Shown here piece by piece: positions 24,801 through 45,515 of a stretch of 64,000 nucleotides of DNA. Both the position numbers and the translations under genes were made by a program. The DNA lies in contig NC_092680.1 of the NCBI RefSeq assembly GCF_964355755.1, positions 16,935,045 to 16,999,044 on the forward strand, read 5' to 3'. Within the stretch, counting starts at the first letter, position 1. Every line of letters begins with the position of its first letter. Origin of the DNA: Antedon mediterranea. Taxonomy: Eukaryota > Animalia > Echinodermata. Under the pieces are notes generated by a model that was given only the letters and a program-made list of their open reading frames with translations, was not told the DNA's origin and searched no databases.

Positions 24801-27711
24801 GTTGAGATTGTTCTTAACGAAAAAGCTTTCGTTGTCAACGTTTTCTATTCGAATGACTTTCTGTTGAGCACAAATTTACAATTCGAATACAAAAAGTACT
24901 CAACGAATCTTTATGTTGACAACGAAAGTTCCCAATCGAATACGACAACTGTTAAGTATTAGTACTCTAAGCCATGAAATTATCCAAGCGTAAACAATGG
25001 TGAAATTCAGGTAACATTTTTAAATTCCAATGTGCGAACAAGGCTCAAAATATCGCTGTGATTTGGTTGATATTTTTTTATAATTTTATAATTTATTTCA
25101 GGAAAAACAATTGCAAAAAGATATCGACAAAACACTGTTTGAAGTTCGTAAGAAAAAGAAAGAAGCAGACAAGACATTGGAAGTGCTACGTGGTCTTCGT
25201 AAACTACGTCACGTTAGAAAGGCATCCTCACTACAAAAAGGTAAAACTATTTCAATTAAAAACATTTGTTGAAAACTGTAAAAACCCAGGGAAAACTATA
25301 TACATTCCGACCCATTGACTTTTAAATCATGCACAAAGTATGTATAGTATTATTTAAAAAATGTGATGTGCCCATATATGGACGTGATGATGTCATATCA
25401 CTACCATTTAAGCATACCACTACCATATTTGGGTACATCACACTTTTTTTGTCAGACTAGTTTAGTAAGTAATATTTATTGCTTTCCACAGACAGTACAA
25501 TTTATAAAAAAGCATAATATATGAATGAAAATAACTACATAGAATAAAAAAAACACGGAAAGCAGGGGATAACCCTTTAAACCCAAAGGCTTGTTTCCAA
25601 ATGGAAGATATAGAGCTTTAAATGTGTGTTGGTTATCTTTCTGTGGAAATGCTTAGGATCTAAGACTACTATGACTTTGCATATTTGCATAAAATGAATC
25701 AATATTTGCATAATCAATAAGTTAATTTGAATAAAGTATTAAGTTGATTCCTTATTGTAGGTGTATTGTTGCCAGTATCATCAGAAACTATATTTGAGCA
25801 ACGTATCGGGAAAATGGAACAGTTTATGAACAGGCAGAGGGCAGTTTACACGGCTGAAGAACAAGCTATGCAGGTAACATTTTTAAAAGTAATTTGTATC
25901 TTCAACACATTACTGTAATTCCTATCTTTTTTTTTCAGTTATCTTTGACTATAACTACTTTTTTTTGTGCTTTATTGTAGGTAATGCTGGAGGAGGAACA
26001 GGAAGAAAATAAAGAGAAGGAAAGACAGATATTGCAACAAAAACTAAGAGATAAGGAACATAAGCAACTACAGCTTAGGAGAAAGCTACTATTTGGAGAT
26101 GGTTAGTTTAATTAACTATGTATCAATGAAAAATTGTTGTTATTGAAACACCATACACTATACTATAAAATCAATAAACTTTAACAGATATATGTGCATG
26201 CTCATAAATCAAACCAATTTACTGTTGTGTTACCTTCTGCAACTACCCCAAATCACCTCATTTGACTCATAGACTTCTTTCACACACAGACAATATATAG
26301 TTTGTGAAAGAAATATGTACTTCTAATTTTGTATCATTAACTGTAATACATAGGTTCAGTATGCATTAGCGTTCTGGTTTAAATGTGAACTTCCTCTCCA
26401 GCAATTCATGTATTTTTAATAAACCCATTGTTAATCAACTAAAGGCCAGGTCAGCATCGTACGACGAGGCCCAACAATTCATCGCGTCAGGAGAAAGTTA
26501 AACAGATTTAAAGTTCCTGGCACCCTAAAAACCACACCCAACACTATCTCATCATGATTTAACTCGGATAGCACCAACTAGTCAAGAAGTCTTGTCGTGC
26601 CTCTTCGTGTGATGCTGTCTTAGTTGGCCTTTAATGAACAAACCAGTATTTGAAACAGTCACACTTGATGAACAAGCTGAGCTAAACTTAAAGACACTAG
26701 TCCTTTTGATATTTATTTTGATAATATATTTTGATATTTTGTAAAAATAATGCAAAATATTAAACCAGGTCATTTCTTGTCTTAAATGTGCGTTCTAAGG
26801 TTATGATAAAAAGATAAAACAATGCGCTACTACATTTCTAGGCCTAGCTTAGTTAGGCTTAGTTTTGAAGGCGCTAGTAAAGAGCGGTAACATACACACA
26901 GTTTTCTCGTCGTTGAATTAATTGTCTTACCTTTTTTGGCAGAATCCGTTAATACAAATTGGGGAATACCTGTTATTTTTTCCTAAAAATTATGAGAATA
27001 TCAATCCGTGTGCGATGCATGTTGGGATTTATAGCGGGTCGCTTAAATGATTAGAAGCGACTTATTTTTCACATTTTAACCATTTAAATTTAGGTTCATA
27101 AAGTATTTATTTTTACATAAAATGTCTAGTGTCTTTAGAAAGTATACACGAGTTGCAGTCCATCTTTTTTTTCTCTTTTGTAGGAACACTGCATAATCCA
27201 CAGCTGAGACCATTCAAGGAGTTCTATAAACAAACTGAAGTAAACATAGATGCCTTTCTACATGTCAGGTAGGTGATCTTTTTTAAGCACTTTACATTCA
27301 ATAAAAAGAAAGTAATATAAAATTGATTAACTAAAAATGAGATAAGAAGGACTATCAACAAAAAGCTAATAATCTTTAAGGATTTAAGAGGAAACGTGTT
27401 TGGCGTAGTCAATTTTTAGAATTCCTTTTACCAATATTAGTTACACTAAAAATGAGTCTGGAAGTGAATTGATACAGGATAAGACAACTTTAAGAACGTT
27501 ATTAAATATTTGTTTTGCTTAAGTGAATAAGGGTGATCTAAGTGTGATTTTAGATTAGTTTTACTTATTTAATGATTATTACTGCAGATACACTTGGGAT
27601 CAATGTCTCGTACTTCCTCATACTGACGGTGCCTCATCAATACCAGTAGCATGGGTAAAACCTGAACCTCCATCAAGCCATATATGGAAGACTGCTCTAG
27701 CTGATGGATAA
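21873..27711 (+). CDS. PDCD7: Programmed cell death protein 7 (U11/U12 snRNP 59K)
   Basis: Exons 21873-22820 (P/Q-rich), 23245-23385, 23892-23981, 24186-24317, 25102-25240, 25761-25873, 25981-26101, 27184-27268, 27588-27711. Motifs EVRKKKKEADKTLEVLRGLRKLR, YTAEEQAMQVMLEEEQEE, LFGD, PFKEFY, WDQCLV...IPVAWVKPEPPSSHIW match PDCD7. Confidence 0.9.
26692..27134. mobile_element. Probable TTAA-type MITE in a PDCD7 intron
   Basis: TTAA|AGACACTAG ... CTAGTGTCT|TTAG. Confidence 0.5.
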
Positions 27712-29095
27712 CATCAGAACATCCATCAAGCCATATGTGGAAGACTGTTCTAGCTGATGGATAACATCAGAACTTCCATCAAGTCATATATGGAAAACTG
27801 CTCTACCTGATGGCTAACATCAGAACCTCAATCAAGCCATATGTGGAAGACTGCTATAGCTGATGGATAACATCAGAACCTCCATTAAGCCATATGTGGA
27901 AGACTGCTATAGCTGATGGATAACATCAGAACCTCCATCAAGCCATATGTGGAAGACTGCTATAGCTGATGGATAACATCAGAACCTCCATCAAGCCATA
28001 TGTGGAAGACTGCTATAGCTGATGGATAACATCAGAACCTCCATTAAGCCATATGTGGAAGACTGCTATAGCTGATGGATAACATCAGAACCTCCATCAA
28101 GCCATATGTGGAAGACTGCTATAGCTGATGGATAACATCAGAACCTCCATTAAGCCATATGTGGAAGACTGCTATAGCTGATGGATAACATCAGAACCTC
28201 CATCAAGCCATATATGGAGGACTACTCTAGCTATTGGATAACATCAAAACCTTCATCAAGCCATATATGGAAGACTGCTCTAGCTGATGGATAACATCAG
28301 AACCTCCATCAAGCCATATATGGAAGACGACTACTCTAGCTGATGGATAACATCAGAACCTCCATCAAGCCATATATGGAAGAATGCTCTAGCTGATGGA
28401 TAACATCAGAACCTCCATCAAGCCATATATAGAAGAATGCTCTAGCTGATGGATAACATCAGAACCTCCATCAAGCCATATATGGAGGACTGCTCTAGCT
28501 GATGGATAACATCAGAACCTCCATTAAGCCATATATGGAAGACTGCTCTAGCTGATGGATAACATCAGAACCTCCATTAAGCCATATATGGAGGACTACT
28601 ATAGCTGATGGCTAACATCAGAACCTCCATCAAGCCATATATGGAAGACTGCTCTAGCTGATGGATAACATCAGAACCTCCATCAAGCCATATATGGAAG
28701 ACTGCTCTAGCTGATGGATAACATCAGAACCTCTATTAAGCCATATGTGGAAGACTGCTATAGCTGATTGATAACATCAGAACCTCCATCAAGCCATATA
28801 TGGAAGACGACTGCTCTAGCTGATGGATAACATCAGAACCTCCATCAAGCCATATATGGAAGACTGCTCTAGCTGATGGATAACATCAGAACCTCCATCA
28901 AGCCATATATGGAAGACAACTGCTCTAGCTGATGGATAACATCAGAACCTCCATCAAGCCATATATGGAAGACGACTGCTCTAGCTGATGGATAACATCA
29001 GAACCTCCATCAAGCCATATATGGAAGACTGCTCTAGCTGATGGATAACATCAGAACCTCCATTAAGCCATATATGGAAGAATGATCTAGCTGAT
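27664..29095 (+). repeat. 53-bp minisatellite (about 27 copies) starting in the PDCD7 last exon
   Basis: Unit GAACCTCCATCAAGCCATATATGGAAGACTGCTCTAGCTGATGGATAACATCA; some 56-bp variants. Confidence 0.97.
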
Positions 29096-30636
29096 AGACC
29101 ACCTGTTGAGTTGAAAACCTCTAACTTAGTAGATCAGTACTATAATTTCTGTGATACAACATTTCTTGATTCATTCATTAGTGGAAAATTACTTCCATTT
29201 ATTGTCGTTTGCATATAAAATATACATAATGTAGAATTTATCAATGGAAAAATATCTGTGAAACAGCATTCAATGTTAATGGCAAAACTGTATTTATTTT
29301 GAATTTTTAAACCATATAATGTTCAATAAAAAATGAAACAATGTTATGTCACTTGTGTCTTTCTTAAATGAAAATATTATATTTCAACAAATACACTTAT
29401 AGAAAAAATTAAAAACCATTAAGTTGAAACACTGTTAATGTAAATTAAATTTACTGTACATTGAAAATAAAACTATTTACATACCTACATTAGGAACTAA
29501 AAAGTACTGTATCATAATAAATAAAACTAAAGATTGACTGCAATCAGTCTTTCCAAATTATTTATTTATTATATTAACTAACTAGCACACCTGAGTGTAT
29601 ACTAACCAATCAAATGACAAGTATACACTAGGGTGTTTAAATATCGCACAATATTAAGCAATTAAATGGATACAATACATGAAAGTAAAAACAGTTAAAT
29701 AATACATGTGAATAAAAAATTCCCTGCGAACCACTGGATGTTTCCATGTGATTTGCAATGTGCAATCATCATGAAGTTGAACAAAAACAAACAACCATTC
29801 ACATAGCAATTTATATCATTATTATGCTAATGAGGTGTCTTGCATGGCAGCTGAACTGAAACATGTTATTTTCAACAGGGTTAAAGTTAGATTTTTAAGA
29901 GAATATTAGCAAGAATTCTGAATGTAAACCTAGGTATGACCAAATAACAACTATAGTAATTTGTGTTGCTGTCTATACATTAATATATATTTAAGAGAAC
30001 TTAACATTTGGTTACCTAGCGGAATTGCTACTTGCTGAGATAGCTAATCGAAAAAACTAAAATTTTAAGAAACTACTAATTTAAAATAATAAATTGTTTA
30101 CAAAAAAATACAAAATGTTTCCAAAAATGTACCCCAACATACTGTACACCCCCCCCCCCCCACCCTCTCCAAAAAAAAGAAAGTTGAGGTCATAACATCA
30201 TTTTAAAATTGAAAGAGAAGATAACTACATTTAGGTCTACATTTTTATACTTATTTATATTTAGAAATTTACTTGCATTTATTATTAGCATATAATGTGT
30301 GTATTACGTATGTGTGCGTATAAAATGTAATTATGAACACAATACTGTACGCCTTTTATGCATTATATTACATTACTGTATAATTGAAGTTTATAAAATA
30401 TAATTGTTTTTATCTGTGTTTATTTTTAACAAGCAGACACTGTAGATATGGTACATCTACCGTTCAGCATTTGATATCAAAGAAGATTCAGTAACATAAA
30501 AATAGCAAATATTTCTTTCATCTCTTCTTTAACTGCTATAATATAACATCACACATCGCTGTTGGGACATTGCACTAGATACATCAGTCGCTACATCACT
30601 GCTTGGTGTTTGTTGTCAACATTGATACAAATTCTA

Positions 30637-36484
<5,848 letters not shown>

Positions 36485-36633
36485 TATCAGGACTATATGA
36501 ACTTCGCATTTATTCAATTAACCTTTTATGTAAAAACAAATGAAACAAAATCATAGTATCAAACATAATAGTTGACTGTAGTATTTAAGAAAAAATGTTT
36601 GTATACTAGGCAAACTGATCAGCACCTATCTAA

Positions 36634-36719
36634 AGGGTCTTTCACACCGGTTCCAGCACGGTTCTGGTCTGGCACCGGCAAATCAAATCGAACTTGCCAG
36701 AACAGATGTGAAAGACCTT
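36634..36719. mobile_element. Mini MITE
   Basis: GGTCTTTCACA ... TGTGAAAGACC inverted ends with TAA-like flanks. Confidence 0.5.
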
Positions 36720-38998
36720 TAATAAGGGGAATTCTCTCATGACTCTCATGAAAGGAGGGGAAAATAATTATACAGTCTTTTAACAATTTTGGACAACTTT
36801 TTTGGGTGCCAAAGATGTCCCCTTAATTAAGGAGAGCTAGGTATAAAACTGTTTTAACAATCAACAAGCAAAACACATTCTTGATTTAAGTTTGAATGGT
36901 TTATGTTTAAATTTGTTAATGTTATAAGCACCGCTAATAATAATAATATTTCCGTTTCTTTATACTCATTTTTTGAAATAATAATTAAAAATTTAATTCA
37001 TTTCTTATTCACATTAAAATTATTTTTTGTGTATAATATTACTACTGTATTATAACCTACCTTATGCCAATTTATCATTTCAGTCGTAATTTCATTTCAG
37101 TTGAATGTCAATTGATTTTGAGGTCAATATACTCTAACCTACATTAACAGTGTTGTAGTCTGTATGGAAAGAAAAAAAATTCAATCATACAATAATTATT
37201 AATTTTATAACAGTTGGCCGAGTTGTAATGCACAATGGCTATGCCTACGACGAGTGACAAGCCTGTAGCCAGAATGTTGGAAATAGAGTTCTTTTTTCCG
37301 CAAAAAGTGCAAGCGTAAGCAACTGAAGAAATGATAGATTATATGAAAAGAATTTGCTTGCTAGCTATGTGAAGTCATAGGACTGAGTAAGCCTATTTAC
37401 TAGAATTTTCACTGCCGGTCTCTAGTTTGAATAGGGCACTTCTAGGGGTATTTCGAGCCCTGGCTACCGGCTTTGAGTTGTAAGCATTATCAATCGATAA
37501 ATTAACGGTGATGACTTAAATACTGTATTTATTTGTATAAACGCAGCAGGGCGTTTATTGTTCAGGAGGGTTTTTGTGGGACATTTATTCGAGGGAGGCA
37601 TTTATTCAGATGTTTATTTTTTGGATGTAATATGGTAAAATAATAAATAAATACCATGAATATAAGTACAACTCTAATAATAATATCAAAAAGTGATAAA
37701 ATACAGTAAAAAATGTTGATCATGGTAGTCAATTCTTTAGTCGAGTCGAAATACTACAAAAAAAGTGGGTTGAAACAGCAGTAACAAACAAACGCCAAAT
37801 ATATGATGGTGTATTAGTTAGGCTGCTAGACTAAAAAAGGGTCTACTAGCTAGGCCTGGCTGGCGAATCTACTACTAACTAACTACCAACAAACCCTCGT
37901 TTACAACTAGTCTCAGCCTAGACCAACCTCTAACTAGCCTGCTAGGCCTACTAGCTAGCCTAGTACTCTCTTCTCTGGGCCTAGCCTACCTACTGTAGAT
38001 AGAGACCTAGCCTAGTAGTAGTAGGAGGCTTGCTAGGCCTACAGACACTGGTAGTAGACTAGCCTGCTAGAAGGCCTGGCCATATATGATGATGCCTACT
38101 ACTACCAGTACTACTAGAGTAGCCTAGTAGGCCTAGGCTAGATTAGTAGGCCTATTAGGCCCTCTAGTAGTAGGCCTTGGCCTAGCTAGCTTTAGCTAAC
38201 TAGGCCTAGGCCTAGCTAGGCCTAGCTAGGATAGTATAAGTAGGGCCTTTAAGCCTAGGCTAGGGTAGCTAGGATAGGAATAGATATTCAATAATATATT
38301 CTAGCCAGTTTCTATCTTAGAAAATATTGTTACTTACTTGACTTGACTAATCTAAGCCGAAATGACTGATGATTCCAAACAAATATTTTGTCATTCTGAC
38401 GTGAAGGAACGTAAGCCTATCTCTGTTTTTCGGAAGTAATGTTTACTTTTTGTATTCAACCGCGCGCGCTCAGGTGACGCGCTTCCGATTGACAAAAATT
38501 AGAAGAGGAACGTTGTTTTTTCCCACACACTCCTCGATCCTCGCGCTCGGTGTGTGGCATGGTACGCGCGGCGGGCGGGCGACAATTGACGATTCGCGCG
38601 TACACAAAGTACTATGACGTCATAGTAAAATATTTCGTCACACAGGGATAGAAGCTCATGATATGTATATTCATTTTTTATAAGGACGATTTTATTTTCT
38701 GTAGACTTTTGAATACATTCTTTTTCTCAGTTTCGTTAACGAGAATTCAATAATTGCCTAACATCCTAAAGAACATGGCAGTCATTCATGCATTGTGTTT
38801 TTTCTGTTTTTTTATTTTAATTTTAAACATAGTTTGAGCGAAGTCTTTTTTACCAGTGATAAGTTTGCTCTTTGACAATTCTTGGTATTTTATCTAGTTT
38901 GTATTTAATTATATTCTTATATACGGAACCAAACCAACAGTTTCCTCTTCATCATATAGGAGTTTTCTAAAAATTGCCACAACCATTTACCTCAAGGT

Positions 38999-39032
<34 letters not shown>

Positions 39033-39270
39033 CTGTTCCCCTCCGTTTTAATAATAGGATGTTCCCCCACCCCCGAATATGGGTACTTCTGTCCCGGGTA
39101 AAACTAATGTGTCCCAAAAAAAGGAGGGTTCTACGTTGATCATGACGTACTGCTAACTACTACTACTAGTATTACTCGTAACTCAACTGTACTACTCTAG
39201 CCTAGGTACGCCTCTAAACATTCACGGAGACTGTTCATAAAAACTGAATCAGAACCCTGGACAGTATTTG

Positions 39271-39308
39271 CATGGAGCTATAATATAATAAAATGTTATA
39301 GCTCCATG
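39271..39308. mobile_element. 38-bp CATGG...CCATG hairpin with 7-bp TSD (P-superfamily remnant)
   Basis: GTATTTG | CATGGAGCTATAA...TTATAGCTCCATG | GTATTTG. Confidence 0.7.
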
Positions 39309-40070
39309 GTATTTGTATTATTTACAATTAAAAATTATTAGATTCATTCGGGATTCATTAAAATGATGACTCTGCACGTTCAAATTCCGGCTTATAGCTA
39401 GCTGTTGTGCAACAACAAGAGAACATCGCAACAGAATCTATAAATAGCTGTCCAATCATTTTCAAGCATTTTGTTCACGTGGTAAATATTGTCCAATCGT
39501 CTTGTACTGTAAGCATGTGACGAATCGGAAGATGATCAAGCACAAAAAACGTGATTTTCTAGCGCATTCGAAGAATTAGCGTCATTGAGGAAGCATCGTT
39601 AAATAAGAAAATCTGTTTTGTAGTAGTATAAAAAAAGGTAAGTTCATTTCAAAACTAAAAGATTAATTTTTACATCAAATTTTCTATTAGTTATTTATTA
39701 CAAGATGTGTATAACTGTGCAGGTTTTAAGATTATTATGAATGGTTTCCTATTTAGCTAGGCTGCTACCCACGTAACATCCTCTCTCTCTTTCACAGCCG
39801 ACTGACTGCTGAGGCTAGGGGGAAAGGGCCGGGGGAGAGAGAGGGACTATCCCAAAAAATCGTCATTTGCGGGCTCTCTAGGCCCTAGCTGATAGCATCG
39901 CTGCTGGGTAGACTATTGTTGTATATTCAAGCTTTTCCCTAAAAATAAAAAAATAGGCTTATTATAGCCTAGGCTAGATGCAAGTCACTAGGCCGTGCTA
40001 ATTAGAAGTTTAATTCCAAAATAATACCAGAGAGATGTAATAATAACACTAGAGGGCGTACTCAAGACTG

Positions 40071-40471
40071 AAAAGTGATTCCAACACAGGAGGGGAACCA
40101 ACAAGATGGTGGCTGTAAATGTGTTCAAAAACATTATTTAATATAAAAAATAAACTAATATAATACATTGAGACCACATAAATTACAACACATATTCTTG
40201 TCAAAGTACAATGAAGTTTAAAAAAAATTAAATATAATTATTGTTAATCGCAATAGAATGAATAATTTCTTGGTAATCTAGCATTTTTTGTATACGAGGA
40301 TCATATCGAGTGCGTTCGCGTTTATGCGCTTAACGTGCTGCGTTGCGCATCATTCTCACTCAGATAGGCTCAACACAGGCGTACTGTAGTAGTGCGTACT
40401 GCATAGGGCATATCCGATTGGTAGATTGCAGCCGCCATCTTGTTGGTTCCTCTTCCATGGATAATCACTTT
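40071..40471. mobile_element. MITE with degenerate ~50-bp TIRs
   Basis: AAAAGTGATT...GGAACCAACAAGATGGTGGCTG versus CAGCCGCCATCTTGTTGGTTCC...AATCACTTTT. Confidence 0.6.
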
Positions 40472-40526
40472 TGAACTGCTATAACATATCTAGACTTCGG
40501 CTATATAAACTCTTTGAATAATACAG

Positions 40527-41139
40527 GGGTGGATTGCTATAAAACAGTCTTAACTGATGGTCTTAACTCCCCGATTAAAGCCGGCTTTATCAGATAGACG
40601 GTCTTACTAAAGCCACCCCTGTTAGACCATTGCTATAAAACAGTCTTAAATAAGACCACGTAAAGTAACAAATTGAGGGCGTACTTTGTTGTTACTTTGG
40701 GAGTACGGAACCTGAACTCTTGTTATAGTGATTAGGTTCACTTTTAGGTTCCTGCCTACTCCCTTAGTTTCTGTGTTTTGTTTGTTTGTAACTGGTTTTT
40801 GGCAATAAATAATAATAATAATAAGTATTAGTACATACATTTATACGCGAGAAAATCTATTCTAGGCCTATATAAGAATAAAATCACCGTTATTATTTGA
40901 TTTAACACTTAAAACTCGTTCAATTGGTTATCTTTGACGATAAATAATACGTAAAAGCAACAAAAAGAGAGGTTTAAGACTGTTTTAAGACTCCTTCGAG
41001 TAGGCTTTAATTTTAAAGACCGTTTACAGGTTAGACCGCGGTATAGCAATGGTCTATAATATAAGACTACTTGCTACGTCACGAATTATAGCTGGCTAAG
41101 CGCTAACACCGGTTATAGACCGCTTATAGCAATCCAGCC
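40527..41139. mobile_element. PIF/Harbinger-like MITE, copy 1
   Basis: CAG|GGGTGGATTGCTATAA...TTATAGCAATCCAGCC|CAG; close second copy at 49340-49865. Confidence 0.8.
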
Positions 41140-41323
41140 CAGATCTACACCTAATAAATAGAGGGCGCTATATGATGTTTGATATATCAGAGCCATATTT
41201 GAAAACATCAAATTACCATTAGAAGTCATTTTTGTGTCCATTAACAAATGGATGGATTGTTTTACTTTAATGATAGTTAATAGTCCTAGTGTCTGCCATG
41301 GTATAAATTCTTTGAAATATTAA

Positions 41324-43189
<1,866 letters not shown>

Positions 43190-44257
43190 AAATGTAATTG
43201 TAAACAAAAGCAGTTAAAAACCGTGTCGAAAAAAGATAATTTTAAAAAAAATGTTAATACAATAACTATCCTAAATCTATTATTGAATAATGGGATTGTG
43301 CTTTACTTCTATTGTGTATTTGATTTAAAGAAAAACTAATTTTGAATGTTGAATAAATATCTGTTGAATAAATGAAACAAAAGTTGATTTTTTTTTTCTT
43401 TTTACGACTACTGTATTAATATATTACTGCAGTTCACATTATTTTTTAATCAAGGCGTGGCAGTATACAGTAAGCAATGGGTCCACTACCACATATATAC
43501 ATTAGAGTACTGTACTGTACACAATTGTAAATCAATTTTTATTGCCTAAATCAGGGATTATAGCCACTCTTTCAATGAAAGAAATAAACACTGTATGCCA
43601 CCCTTTGATTTAAATACTGTAATAATTTTGCATTTGACTGGTAACTGTCTTGTAATATGAAATACTGTACATTATAAAAAAATTAAAATCTGAAAGAAAT
43701 GACAATATTGAAAATAGTCCATGCGTATGAAAACAAGCTGATGAGGACAAGATGAATTTTACTGTTTTTTATAAAGTTTCTTGACGACCCACCTGTGAAA
43801 GACATTGAGGAAAAAAATTTAGCAACACTGCCACCAAAGTAATTCCAGAATGTGTTTGTGATAATCGAAAAGTGTCTGGTTATATGCTTGTGTATTCCTA
43901 TTTTTAACAAAGTTTGTAGTTTGAATATTATCGAAGCGCAAAATTGTGCAGCCAATCACTCTTGTAGTGGATTGGATTTATATACCGTTTTCCAGATTTC
44001 AGTAGAATTAGATTGATTGGTTGCATATTTTTTCACATAAAAAAATCGATTTCAATTTCAACAATAAATTCCTGAATGGAATGAGCTTCACATCTTATGT
44101 CTTTATCTACACTATAATTTAGTACTGTATTATCTATTTACTGTATAACCAACATTATTAAAGAATAAAAATAATAATGCTACTATACCTAAAGAGATAA
44201 CAATAATTAATACAGTACAGTACATATATAACAAAATAATAACATGGAATAAAAATA

Positions 44258-44330
44258 TGTTTTCGCCCGGGATCGAACCGGGGACCTTGTGCGTGTGAAG
44301 CACACGTGATAACCGCTACACCACGAAAAC
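44258..44330 (-). tRNA. tRNA-Val (CAC)
   Basis: GTTTTCGTGGTGTAGCGGTTATCACGTGTGCTTCACACGCACAAGGTCCCCGGTTCGATCCCGGGCGAAAACA: intact cloverleaf, A and B boxes, downstream T-run. Confidence 0.95.
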
Positions 44331-45515
44331 ACAACGGTTTGTTCACTGCTTTCTTTGTACAAGAATAATTGACCAAGCCCGAACTATCCCACAATTCAAT
44401 TTTATTTCGTGAATTTTGCAGATGAATGGCGGTAGCCGTCGAGTAAAATACTAATTTCTGGTTGTGGGTTTCATCTCTGGGTTACAGATGTGAGTCCCTT
44501 TAGCATTGTTCTATATTTCCATTATTGTGTCTTTGAGTTCTTTAGAATAGGATATTTTAGAAATTGATAGAATATTTGAGAAAATAAGTGTAAAATTGCA
44601 TGATTTTTCGAAGCGGTTTCGGAATTTACAAAATGATTACGAGCCACCTCCATTTTTGTTTGGGTTGAAAACAACAAATCATAAATATAACAAGGGAATT
44701 CAATATTTTACCCTTTATTATATGTAATTTTAAATCTATTTAAGCACAATACATTTCTAAATGTATTGTATTTGAAAGAAATAATGACAAACGTCTTATG
44801 TAGATTGAGTTAATGGTAGAAATACCACTTCATGTCATGTCCCACGAACACTAAATTAAAAAAATCAAACAAACATTTCCATTTGTCACGTCTCCGAAGA
44901 AATGTTTTTATTTAGTTCGGTTTTTGCATAAGAAAGACTTTTAAATTATCTTAGCATTTGCTTTAAATGTCTAAATTTAATATGCACCTATTTTTAAACA
45001 ACTTCGCATAATAATCAAGTTAAAAATTGTAACCTTGTAAACTATTTTATCTCATTGCGAGGGTCTAGGCCATCTAACGTAATGTGTGTACGAGCAACAG
45101 ATCACACCGACGCCGACTTCAAGCCCTTCATCCCGTGTGGAAGCAACAACAAAAAACGGATATCCTTAGGCCTAGATTATTTTAATGTCAGTTTGCTTCT
45201 TTTTTTCTTGCAGGTGATTACATTTTGTTTTATTATATCAATATTTGACCAGCTTTTGGACCAGACTGAAAAAGGTTTCTAGAAAAACAAATCAAAAACA
45301 TTGATTTAATCAACATATTGAAATTTGGTCTAGGCCGAACTTAGATAGGGCCTACATACAAGGCCTAGTAGAACCATCTACCAAGTAATGTAGGTCCTTG
45401 GAAATAAAGAAAACTATTGAAAGTGTATGCTGCTTCTTTGAAGTTCTTACTGTGCTTTCATCAAGATTTATTGTGTGCTATTTAACTGGTGTTAACTGGA
45501 AAAATCCAATAAAAA

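Noticed and set aside
27664-29095. CRISPR-like regular array
   Set aside because: Units are contiguous with no unique spacers, there are no cas genes, and the context is eukaryotic.
38456-38560. ATG at 38560 as the DCAF12 start
   Set aside because: The frame closes with TGA after about 34 codons, before the exon donor.
39557-39578. Heat-shock element upstream of polyubiquitin
   Set aside because: Only two correctly phased nTTCn units; the GAA units are mismatched or out of phase.
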